Positions 1 through 10,566 of a stretch of 64,000 bases of DNA are shown piece by piece. This DNA comes from Hyphomicrobiales bacterium (GTDB lineage Bacteria > Pseudomonadota > Alphaproteobacteria > Rhizobiales > CBDCVD01). The translations under genes and the position numbers were made by a program. The notes under the pieces were generated by a model. It was not told the origin of the DNA and did no database searches. It saw nothing but the letters and a program-made list of their open reading frames with translations. The stretch covers positions 854,863 through 918,862 of the forward strand of contig OZ245032.1 of NCBI GenBank assembly GCA_965224015.1. Reading direction: 5' to 3'. How positions within the stretch are numbered: position 1 is the first letter of the stretch; each line of letters opens with the position of its first letter.

Positions 1-102
1 TCGCTGAATCAACTTCAAATCATGACCAACATCAATAACGGATTGATCGATAATCCCAGCCCTTTCTGAAACAAGAAAATCCTTGCCGGGCAACAAGTCC
101 AT
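1..102 (-). CDS. 5' end of a possible hypothetical protein running off the window
   Basis: ATG at 102 with GAGGG just upstream; open frame MDLLPGKDFLVSERAG... to the window edge; no recognisable motif. Confidence 0.3.
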   Translation of the reverse strand, partial: MDLLPGKDFLVSERAGIIDQSVIDVGHDLKLIQR

Positions 103-257
103 GACCCTCTGTTTGCTGTTGGTTCGTATGATCGTGACATCGAGATTGTCTGGAGCTGCTTGCAAGGCGGCCTGCTGATGTCGTTCGCCTCGTTGGGTTA
201 CGAAAAGCACACTGTATTTTACCTGCTTTTTGAGCATTGCACTGCAAATCAGCGTGT

Positions 258-1259
258 TCAGACAGATGAGACGGGAGTAGTGAACTTGCCGTCGCCGCGA
301 TGGCGCGCCTGGATCCAGCGAACGGTCTGGCTTGAGGAGCGCATGACAACCGTCTGCGTGGTGATGTGATCCCCTTTGAACCTCACGCCATTGAGAAAGT
401 TGCCATCGGTGACCCCCGTTGCGGCGAAAAGAACGTCGCCGCTTGCCAGCTGTTTGTGGCTGTAAATTTGCTCTGGGTCGGTGATGCCCATGTTGGCGGC
501 GCGCCGGCGTTTTTCGGAGGTATCAAGGATGAGTTGTCCCTGCATTTGTCCTCCCACGCAGCGCAATGCCGCCGCCGCCAGCACCCCTTCAGGGGCGCCG
601 CCAATACCCAAATAAATGTCGATCCCCGTCTCCTCGGGCTCGGTGGTGTGGATGACCCCCGCGACATCACCATCGCCTATTAGTCGAATCGCTGCGCCCA
701 AATCACGCAATTCGGCGATCATCTGCGCATGGCGGGGGCGATCCAACACACACGCGCAAATCTCCCGTGCGCGTACCCCTTTCGCCTTGGCCAGCGCCTC
801 GATATTTTCACTCACCGACGCCTCCAGGGAAACAAGACCCGGTTCATATCCAGGACCAATAGCGATTTTGTTCATGTAAACATCGGGAGCATTTAGCAAG
901 CTGCCATGTTCGGCCAGCGCCATCACGGCAAGAGAATTCGGTAAGTTCTTGGCGCACACGCTGGTACATTCCAAAGGGTCAAGGGCAATGTCCACCAGCG
1001 CCCCCCGCTTGGTGCCCACCTCCTCTCCGATGAACAGCATCGGCGCCTCGTCGCGCTCGCCCTCCCCTATGACTACCAGGCCTTCAATATCCAGGCGGTT
1101 GAGTTCATGGCGCATGGCGTTGACTGCCGCCTGGTCCGCGGCGTGATCGTCTCCACGCCCGCGCCAGCGCGCAGCCGCCACCGCGGCGGCCTCCGTGACG
1201 CGAACAATCTCCATCGTCAAAATCCGGTCCAGAACCGGGCTGTTGGCTTGTTCACTCAC
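258..1259 (-). CDS. glpX: Class II fructose-1,6-bisphosphatase
   Basis: Motifs VVIGEGERDEAPML, DPLECT, DGDVAG, GIGGAPEGV; start set at GTG 1259 after AGAGGAGG. Confidence 0.95.
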   Translation of the reverse strand: MSEQANSPVLDRILTMEIVRVTEAAAVAAARWRGRGDDHAADQAAVNAMRHELNRLDIEGLVVIGEGERDEAPMLFIGEEVGTKRGALVDIALDPLECTSVCAKNLPNSLAVMALAEHGSLLNAPDVYMNKIAIGPGYEPGLVSLEASVSENIEALAKAKGVRAREICACVLDRPRHAQMIAELRDLGAAIRLIGDGDVAGVIHTTEPEETGIDIYLGIGGAPEGVLAAAALRCVGGQMQGQLILDTSEKRRRAANMGITDPEQIYSHKQLASGDVLFAATGVTDGNFLNGVRFKGDHITTQTVVMRSSSQTVRWIQARHRGDGKFTTPVSSV

Positions 1260-1350
1260 ACCTGTGTCCCCTCCTCTTTTTGCTGCCAAGCCTTAAACCG
1301 GTATCACGGCACCTGGAGATTTCTCTCAAACGCGCAGCCAGAGCCCGCGC

Positions 1351-2745
1351 TCAATCCTTTCCTGGTGTTGGCAAGGGTTCGATGCGGATCATGTGCGGCT
1401 CTCCAAAAGTATAACCATCATCGCGTACAAGGTTCAACGCGCGCCGCACCGCAGCCTCGTTGGTGGCATGGGTAATCATAATGACCGGTTGCAAATCGCC
1501 CGTGGTCTCGTTGCCAGGCGTTGGCTTCGATTCTGCCTGTACATCGGAGCGTGCCTGCAACTGCAAAATTTTATCACCGGCAAAGCGCTGGCGCTGGATG
1601 ATATTGCGTAAGGAGATTTCCTCCTCTGCCATACGCTTGGCAATGGCCGCCAGAGCTCCAGGTTTGTCCATAAGGTTAATGCGAATATAGTATCCTCCCT
1701 CATGGTCACCCATGGGCGCGGGTTTATGGGCAACAAGATCCTCGTAACCAAACCCCAGGGGAGGCGTGCGACGGTCGCGGGCAATATCGATAATGTCGGC
1801 GAGCACCGCCGATGCGGTCGCCTTTCCTCCCGCACCCGGGCCGATGGTGACCAGCTCTCCAAGCAGATCGCAGGTGACTGCAACGGCGTTTGTGACCCCG
1901 GACACCCGGGCCAACGCGGCATCGGCGGGGATCATGGCCAGGTGCACCCGTTGCTCGATGCCGGTCTCGGTAAGTTGCGCAACAGCAAGGAGCTTGATGC
2001 GGTATCCCAGCTCTTGTGCCGCCCGAATGTCGGCCTGGGTGATGTCGCGAATTCCCTCGCAATATACGGTTTTCCCGTTGATGCGCGTGCCGAACGCAAG
2101 GGATGCGATAATGGCAAGCTTGTGGGCCGCATCATGGCCATCAACATCAAACGAGGGGTCGGCTTCCGCGTAGCCAAGGCTTTGCGCCTGCTCTAAGCAT
2201 GGGGCAAAGCCCAAGTCCGGCTCCGCCTCCATACGCGTGAGGATATAGTTACACGTGCCGTTCAGGATCCCGTACACCGCGCTGATTGTGTTGGCGTTGA
2301 GAGCTTCACGCAGGATTTTAACAATGGGAATACCGCCGGCAATTGCCGCCTCGAAATTGAGCGGGACATTGGCTGCCTGTGCCGCCTGCGCCAATTCATT
2401 CCCATGCGCCGCAAGCAACGCCTTGTTGGCGCTCACGACAGGTTTTCCCGCCGCGATCGCTGCTTCGACACATTGGCGCGCAACGCCCTCGGCCCCGCCG
2501 ATCAACTCAACGAATACATCAATCTCACCAGCTACCGCCAATGCTGACGGGTCATCGAACCAGGGCAGGTCTGAAATATTGATGCCGCGATCAAGGTCTC
2601 GCCTTCTGGCCGAGACACCAGCAATAGAAATGTCTCGCCTGGCCCTGCGGGAAAGCGCGGTACTGTTGGTAAGAATCTGTTGCACGACGGTAGTGCCAAC
2701 CGTACCCAATCCGGCAATGCCAACGCGTAAGGGACTTTGCTGCAT
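1351..2745 (-). CDS. hom: Homoserine dehydrogenase with C-terminal ACT domain
   Basis: GIAGLGTVG Rossmann motif, ANKALLA, FEAAIAGGIP, GILNGT, EADPSFDVDGHDAAHK. Confidence 0.95.
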   Translation of the reverse strand: MQQSPLRVGIAGLGTVGTTVVQQILTNSTALSRRARRDISIAGVSARRRDLDRGINISDLPWFDDPSALAVAGEIDVFVELIGGAEGVARQCVEAAIAAGKPVVSANKALLAAHGNELAQAAQAANVPLNFEAAIAGGIPIVKILREALNANTISAVYGILNGTCNYILTRMEAEPDLGFAPCLEQAQSLGYAEADPSFDVDGHDAAHKLAIIASLAFGTRINGKTVYCEGIRDITQADIRAAQELGYRIKLLAVAQLTETGIEQRVHLAMIPADAALARVSGVTNAVAVTCDLLGELVTIGPGAGGKATASAVLADIIDIARDRRTPPLGFGYEDLVAHKPAPMGDHEGGYYIRINLMDKPGALAAIAKRMAEEEISLRNIIQRQRFAGDKILQLQARSDVQAESKPTPGNETTGDLQPVIMITHATNEAAVRRALNLVRDDGYTFGEPHMIRIEPLPTPGKD

Positions 2746-2843
2746 AAACTGCTATGGCTTTCTTTGTCGTTTTCTCGCGGTTAAACAGACATGACACGCG
2801 CTAGTCCGGTCCTGGTCTGGGGAGCCCTGGTTATCCACGCACG

Positions 2844-3302
2844 TTACTCATCGTCCTCGACCGTCTTCCAGTCTTTTGTCGCTTGACTGGAACGCTCGAT
2901 CTCCTGCTTTGCGCGCTGCCACGTCTGCTTGGCCTCGCCCATGTACGTGGGAACGGGAACAGGCCCGGCTGTAGGTACGTTACGTCCTTTTGAGACAACC
3001 CTGGCGGTCCGGCGCGCGTATGTGGTTTTGTCCCGGCGCAACGCTTTGATTACCGCATCGCGTGATATACGATCACGCAGCGGCAGAGCGCGCTTGGCCG
3101 GTGTCAGGTTAATATTGGGATATCCGTCTTCGTTCAAGCCTGACCCGTTGACTTCAACAACAGATGTGCGCGCAGTCTCCAGGGCGGGGTCCTTGGGCAG
3201 GCAACCGGCAACCAAAACAGCGCCCAAGCCAACCAGTGCGCACGAGCGCAAAGCTAACGCCGAACCTCGTTTGCTGATCAGGATCAAAACACGTTTGTAC
3301 AT
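2844..3302 (-). CDS. Hypothetical lipoprotein
   Basis: Hydrophobic segment ending in lipobox-like LVAGC; the ORF-track start (3350) lies inside a MITE, so ATG 3302 is preferred. Confidence 0.6.
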   Translation of the reverse strand: MYKRVLILISKRGSALALRSCALVGLGAVLVAGCLPKDPALETARTSVVEVNGSGLNEDGYPNINLTPAKRALPLRDRISRDAVIKALRRDKTTYARRTARVVSKGRNVPTAGPVPVPTYMGEAKQTWQRAKQEIERSSQATKDWKTVEDDE

Positions 3303-3323
3303 TTGCTTGTCTCGTGCGTATAA

Positions 3324-3424
3324 TACCAAGGGCCTTTGACAATAACTCATGCATTAGCGTCAAGTAAGTATGTTATCAAGGCGGTACACCAGACGGCGTG
3401 TATATAAAGCCAATACCGCTGGTA
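3324..3424 (-). mobile_element. 101-bp MITE (family R1)
   Basis: TACCAAGGG...CGCTGGTA flanked by TAA/TAA. Confidence 0.85.
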
Positions 3425-3636
3425 TAATCGGATAACCAAGCCGGACGGTTCTGGATAGGGAACGGCGTTGGGGCAGAGTTTATGGCCCGATTGTCTTGCA
3501 GGTAGAGTAACCCGTCTCTAGCAGACATTTTGAACGCATCCAAGGCCCATTGTCGGCTTGTATTGGTATATTGGTAAATCCGTATTGGTAAAACACAGTC
3601 AAGCTGACAAAATACCATACGAAACCGGGAGGATTT

Positions 3637-5517
3637 GTGGCCATGCACAACGGGAGAGAGAACAGAGCTGGAGACCGCAAGCAATCCGCACAAATGGAGG
3701 CCGGGGGTGTGAATGCCTTGTCTGGGGTTCCCGGGGCTCTTGATGCGGAAATGTTTGGGCAGAATATGCTACGCGCCTATGAGGCGCTTGGTCAGGTGGT
3801 TATGGCGCTGGCGGAAAATCGTCAGCAGGCCGGTGTCGACAGACTTGCCGCGGAGGAAGTGAATCAGGCCGCGAAAAGTCTTTATGCGATCTGGCACTAT
3901 TGGGTCTCTCAGCCAGAGCGCGCACAAAAGGCCCAGTCGTCGCTCGTGCAGCAGATGAGCGAGACCATGACGCACCATTATGCACGCGCTTTCGGTCAGG
4001 AAGGACCGCCAGGCGAAGGCAACGGCTCGGCCGGAAAGGACCGACGGTTTTCTGATAAGGATTGGGACAACAACCCGGCGTTCTCGATGCTGCGCGATGT
4101 TTACCTCGGGTTCAGTTCTTGGGCGCAAACGCTTGTCGACGATGCTGGCGAGGTGGACGAGCATACCAGACGCAAGGCCGAGTTTTATTTGCGTCAACTG
4201 ATTGCGGCGCTGGCACCGACCAATTTTCCCCTCACCAACCCGGAGGTTTTGCGCGAGACTCTCAACAGTGGCGGTGAGAACCTCGCCCGCGGGTTGGAAA
4301 TTCTCGCCGAGGACATTACCGCTGGTAAGGGGCGGTTGAAAATTCGCCAAACGGACACAAGCCAGTTTGTGTTGGGGGAAAACATCGCCAACACGCCGGG
4401 TAAGGTCATCGCGCAAAACGACCTGCGGCAGCTGATTCAATACACCGCGAGCACCGACAAGGTTTTAAAACGCCCCTTGCTGATCGTGCCGCCGTGGATC
4501 AACAAATTCTATATTCTTGATCTGAACGCACAAAAGTCCTTTATAAAGTGGGCCGTGGAGCAGGGACACACGGTGTTTGTGGTCTCCTGGGTCAACCCGG
4601 GGAAAAAATACATGCACAAGGGCTTTGATGACTATCTCCGCGAGGGGGTGATCGCGTCCCTTGACGATATCGAAACCATAACAGGTGAGAAAAAAATCAA
4701 CACAATAGGCTATTGTGTTGGGGGCACTTTGCTGGCGGCAGCCCTTGCCTATATGGCGCAAAACCGCGACCATCGTGTCGCCAGCGCTACGTTTTTTACC
4801 ACCCAGGTTGATTTCACCTACGCGGGAGACCTGAAGGTATTTATCGATGATGAGCAGATCGCCGCCATAGAAGAGGTCATGCAGGAGCAGGGGTATTTCG
4901 ACGGTTCAGCCATGGCCAATGTCTTCAATATGTTGCGCCCACAGGACCTGATCTGGCCCTATGTGGTCAACAATTATCTTAAGGGCAAGGAGCCAATACC
5001 ATTTGACCTTCTTGCCTGGAACTCTGACGCGACGCGTATGAGCGCGGCCAATCACAGTTTTTATCTGCGTCAATGCTATAAGGACAATACGCTTGCCAGG
5101 GGGCGCATGGTCATTGACGGCAAGACCCTGAAACTGGCCCAGATCAAGCAGCCAATCTACATGTTGGCGGCCCGCGAGGACCATATTGTCCCGGCGCGCT
5201 CTGCGTTTCTGGGCAGCCAGATGTTTGCTGCAAAGGGTGCCAATGTACGCTTTGTACTCGCCGGTTCCGGCCACATCGCCGGGGTTATCAATCCCCCCAT
5301 CAAAGCCAAATACCAGTATTGGATTGGCGGCAAAGTGGGAGGCGAGTTGGACGACTGGATTGCCGATGCGCGCGAGTATCCGGGCTCCTGGTGGACAGAT
5401 TGGCATATCTGGATGCTCAAGCAGCACAATGGCGAGGTGCCAGCGCGTGAACCCGGTGGGGGCAAGCGCGACCCTATTGAGGACGCACCCGGGTCTTATG
5501 TCCGCGTTGGGGCCTGA
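3637..5517 (+). CDS. phaC: Class I polyhydroxyalkanoate synthase
   Basis: PPWINKFYILDL, lipase box GYCVGG, DHIVP, GSGHIAG. Confidence 0.95.
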   Translation: MAMHNGRENRAGDRKQSAQMEAGGVNALSGVPGALDAEMFGQNMLRAYEALGQVVMALAENRQQAGVDRLAAEEVNQAAKSLYAIWHYWVSQPERAQKAQSSLVQQMSETMTHHYARAFGQEGPPGEGNGSAGKDRRFSDKDWDNNPAFSMLRDVYLGFSSWAQTLVDDAGEVDEHTRRKAEFYLRQLIAALAPTNFPLTNPEVLRETLNSGGENLARGLEILAEDITAGKGRLKIRQTDTSQFVLGENIANTPGKVIAQNDLRQLIQYTASTDKVLKRPLLIVPPWINKFYILDLNAQKSFIKWAVEQGHTVFVVSWVNPGKKYMHKGFDDYLREGVIASLDDIETITGEKKINTIGYCVGGTLLAAALAYMAQNRDHRVASATFFTTQVDFTYAGDLKVFIDDEQIAAIEEVMQEQGYFDGSAMANVFNMLRPQDLIWPYVVNNYLKGKEPIPFDLLAWNSDATRMSAANHSFYLRQCYKDNTLARGRMVIDGKTLKLAQIKQPIYMLAAREDHIVPARSAFLGSQMFAAKGANVRFVLAGSGHIAGVINPPIKAKYQYWIGGKVGGELDDWIADAREYPGSWWTDWHIWMLKQHNGEVPAREPGGGKRDPIEDAPGSYVRVGA

Positions 5518-6434
5518 GCCAGCGCGGTGTTATACTCCTGCGCCAAGCGCGTTACAAGATCGCTGACCGGTAGCACATCGGTAACTCCCGCAGCCCCCTG
5601 CCCGGCGGACCATATGGTTTTCCAGGCGCGCGCCTCAGGATTGGCCTCGGCAGCCAGATCCAACTTACCGTGTTCCGGCAGGTCGTCCGGATCAAGCCCT
5701 GCATCCATAAGGGAACGACGCAGAAAGTTGGCGTGAACACCAGATATCGCTTTGGTGTAGACAATATCACCCGCGCCCGATTGGGCGATCATGTCTTTGT
5801 AGGCAGGCAGGGCCAGGCTTTCCATGGTGTTGATAAAGCGGGTGCCCATATAGGCCAGATCCGCCCCCATAGCACGGGCTGCGGCAATACCGGCACCGTT
5901 GCAAATGCATCCTGCAAGGATAAGCGTGCCGTCAAACCAGGACCGTATTTCCTCTAAAAAGGCGAACGGATTGAGGGTGCCCGCATGACCCCCGGCGCCG
6001 CCACACACCAGGATAAGCCCGTCAACCCCCGCCTCCGCAGCCTTTTGCGCATGGCGAAGCTTGATCACATCGTGAAACACCACCCCTGCGTAACCGTGCA
6101 CCGCATCGACCACATCACGCACCGCGCCAAGGGAGGTGATCACCAAAGGAACCCGATGTTTGATGGTCACTTCCAGGTCCCGCTTCAGGCGGGGATTGGT
6201 CTTGTGCACAATAAGGTTGACCCCATAGGGGGCATCATGCGGCCCGAGCGCCTTGCCAATTGTGGTCAATTGCGTGTCGTAATCCTCAACGGTGCGCAGG
6301 TTCAGGGAGGGAAAGGTGCCGATGATCCCCGCCCTGCACGCCGCAATCACCAGGTCGGCGCCGGACACCAGAAACATGGGCGCGGCAATCGCCGGTAGCC
6401 GCAAGTTTTTATCCAATAAGGTGGGTATCGCCAT
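5496..6434 (-). CDS. Nitronate monooxygenase family flavoprotein
   Basis: APMFLVS, GGAGGHAG, ADLAYMGTRFI; 3' end overlaps phaC by 22 bp. Confidence 0.85.
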   Translation of the reverse strand: MAIPTLLDKNLRLPAIAAPMFLVSGADLVIAACRAGIIGTFPSLNLRTVEDYDTQLTTIGKALGPHDAPYGVNLIVHKTNPRLKRDLEVTIKHRVPLVITSLGAVRDVVDAVHGYAGVVFHDVIKLRHAQKAAEAGVDGLILVCGGAGGHAGTLNPFAFLEEIRSWFDGTLILAGCICNGAGIAAARAMGADLAYMGTRFINTMESLALPAYKDMIAQSGAGDIVYTKAISGVHANFLRRSLMDAGLDPDDLPEHGKLDLAAEANPEARAWKTIWSAGQGAAGVTDVLPVSDLVTRLAQEYNTALAQAPTRT

Positions 6435-6506
6435 CGTCCTCGCGCCCTTGTTGCTAAGCTCTATTGCCGCGCTGCTCTGCGCGTCCTTTGCCCATAAACC
6501 TGTTTT

Positions 6507-7439
6507 TCAAGCCATATCATCACCGGTGCCGATCGCATCCAGGTCGTAAGGGGTCGTCTGGTACATATCATTAATCCAATTGCCAAACAGCAAATGCGCA
6601 TGGGACCGCCAGCGGTTCTCCGGCGGCTTGGTCGGATCATCGTTGGGGTAATAGTTGGCTGGCAAGGTAATTGGCGTCCCTGCCTTGATGTCCCGCTGGT
6701 ATTCCTTACCCAGATCAACACTGTCATATTCGATATGATTGAACATATAGAGGAAGCGGTGGGCCCGGTCGTGAACCAGGCAGGGGCCGGTCTCAGGGGA
6801 GTCGATCAAAAGCCGCAACCGCTCCCCCAGCGCCATGTCAGCGCTGCGCACCTCCGTCCAACGGGACACGGGAATGGAAAAGTCGTCGGAAAACCCGCGC
6901 AGAAAAGGTGATGAGGGATCAAGATTGCGATGCCGGAACACACCGAAAGCCTTGTTTGGCAAAGGATATTTCGGCAAGCCAAAGAAATGGTGCATGGCCG
7001 CCTGCGCTCCCCAGCAAATGGCCAGGCTCGAGTGCACGTGCGCCTGGGTCCAATCCAGGATATCACTTAATTCGCGCCAATAGGTGACGTCGGCGAACGG
7101 CAGTGTTTCTATCGGCGCACCGGTGATAATAAAGCCGTCAAACTTACGTGCGCGCATCTCTTCCCAAGGCTTGTAGAACGCCTGCATATGCTCGGCAGAC
7201 GTGGTTTTCGGCACGTGGTCTGTTATGCGCACCAGGGTCAATTCCACTTGCAGCGGCGTTGCGCCAACCAGACGGGCATATTGGGTCTCGGTGCGCACCT
7301 TGTCGGGCATAAGATTAAGAAGACCAATCTGCAACGGGCGAATATCCTGGCGCAGAGCCGTGCGCTCGGACATGACCATTACGCCCTCACGCTCAAGTAT
7401 GGCGCGGGCGGGCAAATCATTGGCGATCTTGATTGGCAT
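6507..7439 (-). CDS. metA: MetA-family homoserine O-acyltransferase, probably acetyl-specific
   Basis: [26 protein letters not shown] (catalytic Cys), HIEY; Glu at the specificity position. Confidence 0.93.
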   Translation of the reverse strand: MPIKIANDLPARAILEREGVMVMSERTALRQDIRPLQIGLLNLMPDKVRTETQYARLVGATPLQVELTLVRITDHVPKTTSAEHMQAFYKPWEEMRARKFDGFIITGAPIETLPFADVTYWRELSDILDWTQAHVHSSLAICWGAQAAMHHFFGLPKYPLPNKAFGVFRHRNLDPSSPFLRGFSDDFSIPVSRWTEVRSADMALGERLRLLIDSPETGPCLVHDRAHRFLYMFNHIEYDSVDLGKEYQRDIKAGTPITLPANYYPNDDPTKPPENRWRSHAHLLFGNWINDMYQTTPYDLDAIGTGDDMA

Positions 7440-7467
7440 GGCAGGCTCGTTGGCTCGTTGGCTTGGT

Positions 7468-8361
7468 TTACGCGGGTTCGGACGCTGTTACGCCGGGTTT
7501 TGAAGCTTCGTCGATGACCTGGGCACACACATCGATAATGGTCGCTGCGCTTTCAGCCTCTGCCAGTCTTGCGGCGTCGACCACATATCCATAGCGCTCC
7601 GCAATAGCTTCATAAAGGGGCAAGCGGTGGTCGATTAATGCCTTGAACCCGTAAATCGCAAAGGCATCCGGGTCCACGTCCTGATCCCCCGCAATGGCAT
7701 TAACATCCTTAAAACGTGCCCAGGTCTGGTGCAAAAACGCCTCGTTATAGTACATTGGTTTTGGCGCTCTGCGAAATCGTTCGATCAAAGCGTCGGTCTG
7801 CGCCTGGTCGCTGCGGATATATACGAGTACGGTATTGTCACAAAGGCTGCGCAGAACCGGATCGCTGGGATCATCAACATCCACAACCTCACAAAAACTG
7901 CCGCCCGTGTCACAGACAAAATGATCATAGCCATAGGTCGTGCGTGCGTTGGTAATAAAGTCCTCGGTATCAAGCAAGGCATTGATTTCGGCGCGCCGGT
8001 GCTGGCGCTGGCGATGCAGATATTGACAAAACGGCAGCCCTCCCCTGGTCTCGTCACCAGGCTTGCCCAAATAAGTGGACAGGGGAGCCAGATTCTGGAA
8101 TGTAATATTTGATGAAATATAGATCGAATCCGACTTCAGCAGATCGCGAAAGAACGGAACCGTCATGGCAATGCGCTTATAGTTGTCACTGATGTGCTCG
8201 CCCATGTAGCGGGTGCCGATGCGATAATCGACGGAATAGTGATACCAATCCTGGGCCCGTAACCGATTGGCGATCACGGTTTTTCCCGCACCCGACATGC
8301 CAAAAAGCGTGAGCGCCTTTTTATTCCAATGGCGAAACGCCGTACCGTTCTCGAATTTCAT
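7468..8361 (-). CDS. Uncharacterised P-loop ATPase, co-oriented upstream of metA
   Basis: Walker A GMSGAGKT; 28-bp gap to metA. Confidence 0.75.
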   Translation of the reverse strand: MKFENGTAFRHWNKKALTLFGMSGAGKTVIANRLRAQDWYHYSVDYRIGTRYMGEHISDNYKRIAMTVPFFRDLLKSDSIYISSNITFQNLAPLSTYLGKPGDETRGGLPFCQYLHRQRQHRRAEINALLDTEDFITNARTTYGYDHFVCDTGGSFCEVVDVDDPSDPVLRSLCDNTVLVYIRSDQAQTDALIERFRRAPKPMYYNEAFLHQTWARFKDVNAIAGDQDVDPDAFAIYGFKALIDHRLPLYEAIAERYGYVVDAARLAEAESAATIIDVCAQVIDEASKPGVTASEPA

Positions 8362-8596
8362 AAATCAGATTGTCCATCCAGGTGTAGGTAGCGTGTATCA
8401 ACTGTTATTTGGCAGGTTGGGGCCATGCAACAGCAGGGCGAACACACGCTGGGCCTTTCTATTAACGGGCATCTACCGGCCCGCTCCTTCCGTCTTGGGC
8501 CACCCCCAGGGTACTCTTTCACCGGTGGTTGGGGCCCTAAAAGTTGTGAAAGGGGGCGGGCTGGCCAGGTCGTCAATAGACGTTCCCGGTTAAAAC

Positions 8597-8740
8597 CTAT
8601 AGCAAAATGCTTTTAATTGGATTCATCGGCACTGCTGTATTTTTCCCGCATTTTGCTATAGATTTAGAGGGCGATCAGCTTTATGGGTTTCGCTTATACC
8701 AAGGGCAAAATGGGTATAAGCTAACCCCATGCTGATCTAG
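8597..8740. repeat. Composite palindromic repeat (R3 + linker + R2 carrying an R1 stub)
   Basis: CTATAGCAAAATGC...GCATTTTGCTATAG (8597-8661), linker ATTTAGAGGGCGATCAGC, TACCAAGGG stub (8697-8705), end ATGCTGATCTAG; near-identical unit at 61565-61706. Confidence 0.8.
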
Positions 8741-9384
8741 GACCCGCGTGCGAGCCTGCGCAATTTATCCATCGCCGTTTGCCTGTCCTCACCAACCGCA
8801 ATCGTTCCCAGCAAACTACCATCGCGACGCACCAAAAAGATAGAGGCCGTGTGGTCTATCGTATAGTCTTCGTCTTCAAGCAAGACCTTTTTCGCAATAA
8901 CCCGCCAGGACCGCGCAAGGTCAGCGATCTGTTTGGCGTCGCCGGTGATGCCGACAATGCGATCCGTAAAGGCTGTAACATAATTGTGCATGACCGGTGC
9001 CGCATCACGCGCCGGATCAACGGTGATGAAAAACGCGCGGACATCGCGGGCCTCCTCTCCCAATTCACGTAACCATAGCGCCAGCTCAAATAGGGTCGTT
9101 GGACACACATCAGGGCAATGGGTATAGCCAAAAAAAAGCGCCACCGGATGCCCTGCCAGGGCCTTTTCCGTGATGGGCGCACCGGTGTGGTCAATCAGTT
9201 GAAATGGGGACCCCAGAGGTGACGAGGCGTTGTTCAAAAACGCCGATTTTTGCGCCTGGGGGGAAAGCAGCATGCGACTCCCAATCACCGCAGCGGCAAT
9301 AAATACCAAAGCCCACAAAGCGTATCGGATGGCTGTTAGCATTGTGTTGGGCTTGCGTCCTTGCGCATGAGAAGCCCCGGCCAC
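8737..9384 (-). CDS. SCO family copper chaperone
   Basis: FFGYTHCPDVCP (CxxxC) and DHTA motif; N-terminal TM helix. Confidence 0.93.
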   Translation of the reverse strand: MAGASHAQGRKPNTMLTAIRYALWALVFIAAAVIGSRMLLSPQAQKSAFLNNASSPLGSPFQLIDHTGAPITEKALAGHPVALFFGYTHCPDVCPTTLFELALWLRELGEEARDVRAFFITVDPARDAAPVMHNYVTAFTDRIVGITGDAKQIADLARSWRVIAKKVLLEDEDYTIDHTASIFLVRRDGSLLGTIAVGEDRQTAMDKLRRLARGS

Positions 9385-9388
9385 GGGA

Positions 9389-9916
9389 TCAGTGCCCTAG
9401 ACCGTGAACAGGTTTGCTGGTGCGTGGTACGACATTGAGGTCCACGCTTATCGAGCCGGCGTGCTTGAAGATCAGCTCTAAGGGATAGATCTCGTGGGCA
9501 CGCAAGGGATGTTTGAGTTGCATCAGCATTAGATGCTGCCCCCCCGGCCGCAAACGTGTGCGGGCATATTTTGAAATTGCCAAACCACTATCGACCTTGC
9601 GCATTCTCATCACATCGCCGTCCATGACCATGTTATGGATTTCAACCTTTCCCGCGATTGCGCCACTGGCAGCAAGCAATGTATCATCAACGGGGCCTGT
9701 ATTTATAATCGTCAAATAGGCGCTGGCCCGTGTGGCACCGGCGAGCGTGGGATGCGTATAGAGATCTTCAATTTTCAATGTTAATGTCGACGATCCCCGC
9801 GTTGCCGCCTCTTTGGCGCATGCGCCGGTGGGAGCCGCAAAGCCCATAGAAGCCAGCGCGACAAGCAAAGTCATCGCTTTTGTAAAATGCCGGATTACCG
9901 GCTTGTCCCCCGCCAT
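9389..9916 (-). CDS. Periplasmic copper chaperone PCu(A)C
   Basis: VEIHNM...MRM...PGGQHLML motif, signal peptide; start set at ATG 9916 after AGGAAG. Confidence 0.9.
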   Translation of the reverse strand: MAGDKPVIRHFTKAMTLLVALASMGFAAPTGACAKEAATRGSSTLTLKIEDLYTHPTLAGATRASAYLTIINTGPVDDTLLAASGAIAGKVEIHNMVMDGDVMRMRKVDSGLAISKYARTRLRPGGQHLMLMQLKHPLRAHEIYPLELIFKHAGSISVDLNVVPRTSKPVHGLGH

Positions 9917-10277
9917 AGAATATCTCTTCCTGTTAGCGTTTATTGCGGGATTTGGCTCAATCATGCGGACTTTGGGGTGCCTGACAAATGGAACCGGCCT
10001 ATTGAGGAGGTAGCGATGGCGATGCGGCTTGTAGTTCTTGCAATCGTGAACCCTCTCGTGCATATAGAGCAATATCTGGCAGAAAGGAAGCTCTATCATG
10101 GCAAAAGTCGTTTGCTGCGGTAGGCTAGCTATTTCCACTGACCTTCATTTGTCCCGTGCGTGCAAATGAAGACCAGACAAGTGGATGGCCTGGTAAACCG
10201 TTAGCGAAAATGTTAGAAATTCTTCTATACATGTCTGATAGCAGCCTGTTTGCATTTTTTATTTGAAAGCCTTTGAT

Positions 10278-10370
10278 GGAGAGGTGGCCGAGTGGCTGAA
10301 GGCGCTCCCCTGCTAAGGGAGTAGACGGTTGATAGCCGTCTCGAGGGTTCGAATCCCTCTCTCTCCGCCA
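10278..10370 (+). tRNA. tRNA-Ser(GCT)
   Basis: GGAGAGGTGGCCGAGTGG...CTCCCCT-GCT-AAGGGAG, long variable arm, GGTTCGAATCC, encoded CCA. Confidence 0.97.
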
Positions 10371-10566
10371 GCCAGTTGGGCATGTTTCGGCTTATGTCAA
10401 TTGAGCGTGAATATTGCCGTGTTTTCAAAGCCTTGTAAAATTTCCTTAAAATCGAGAGACGGATTATCGGAGCACGGATTACCCGTTTGCAGGGCCTGTC
10501 TGTGATCGGCCATTTCGGTCAGGAAGCAGAACCTGAAAGGTGACAGTGGCTTTTACTTGACCGGAT

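Noticed and set aside
5496-5517. 22-bp overlap of the convergent phaC and nitronate monooxygenase genes
   Set aside because: Short 3' overlaps of convergent genes are ordinary
8362-8596. SAM riboswitch upstream of the ATPase-metA operon
   Set aside because: A GC-rich hairpin is present (~8497-8538), but I could not find SAM-II or SAM/SAH consensus segments; an Rfam search is needed
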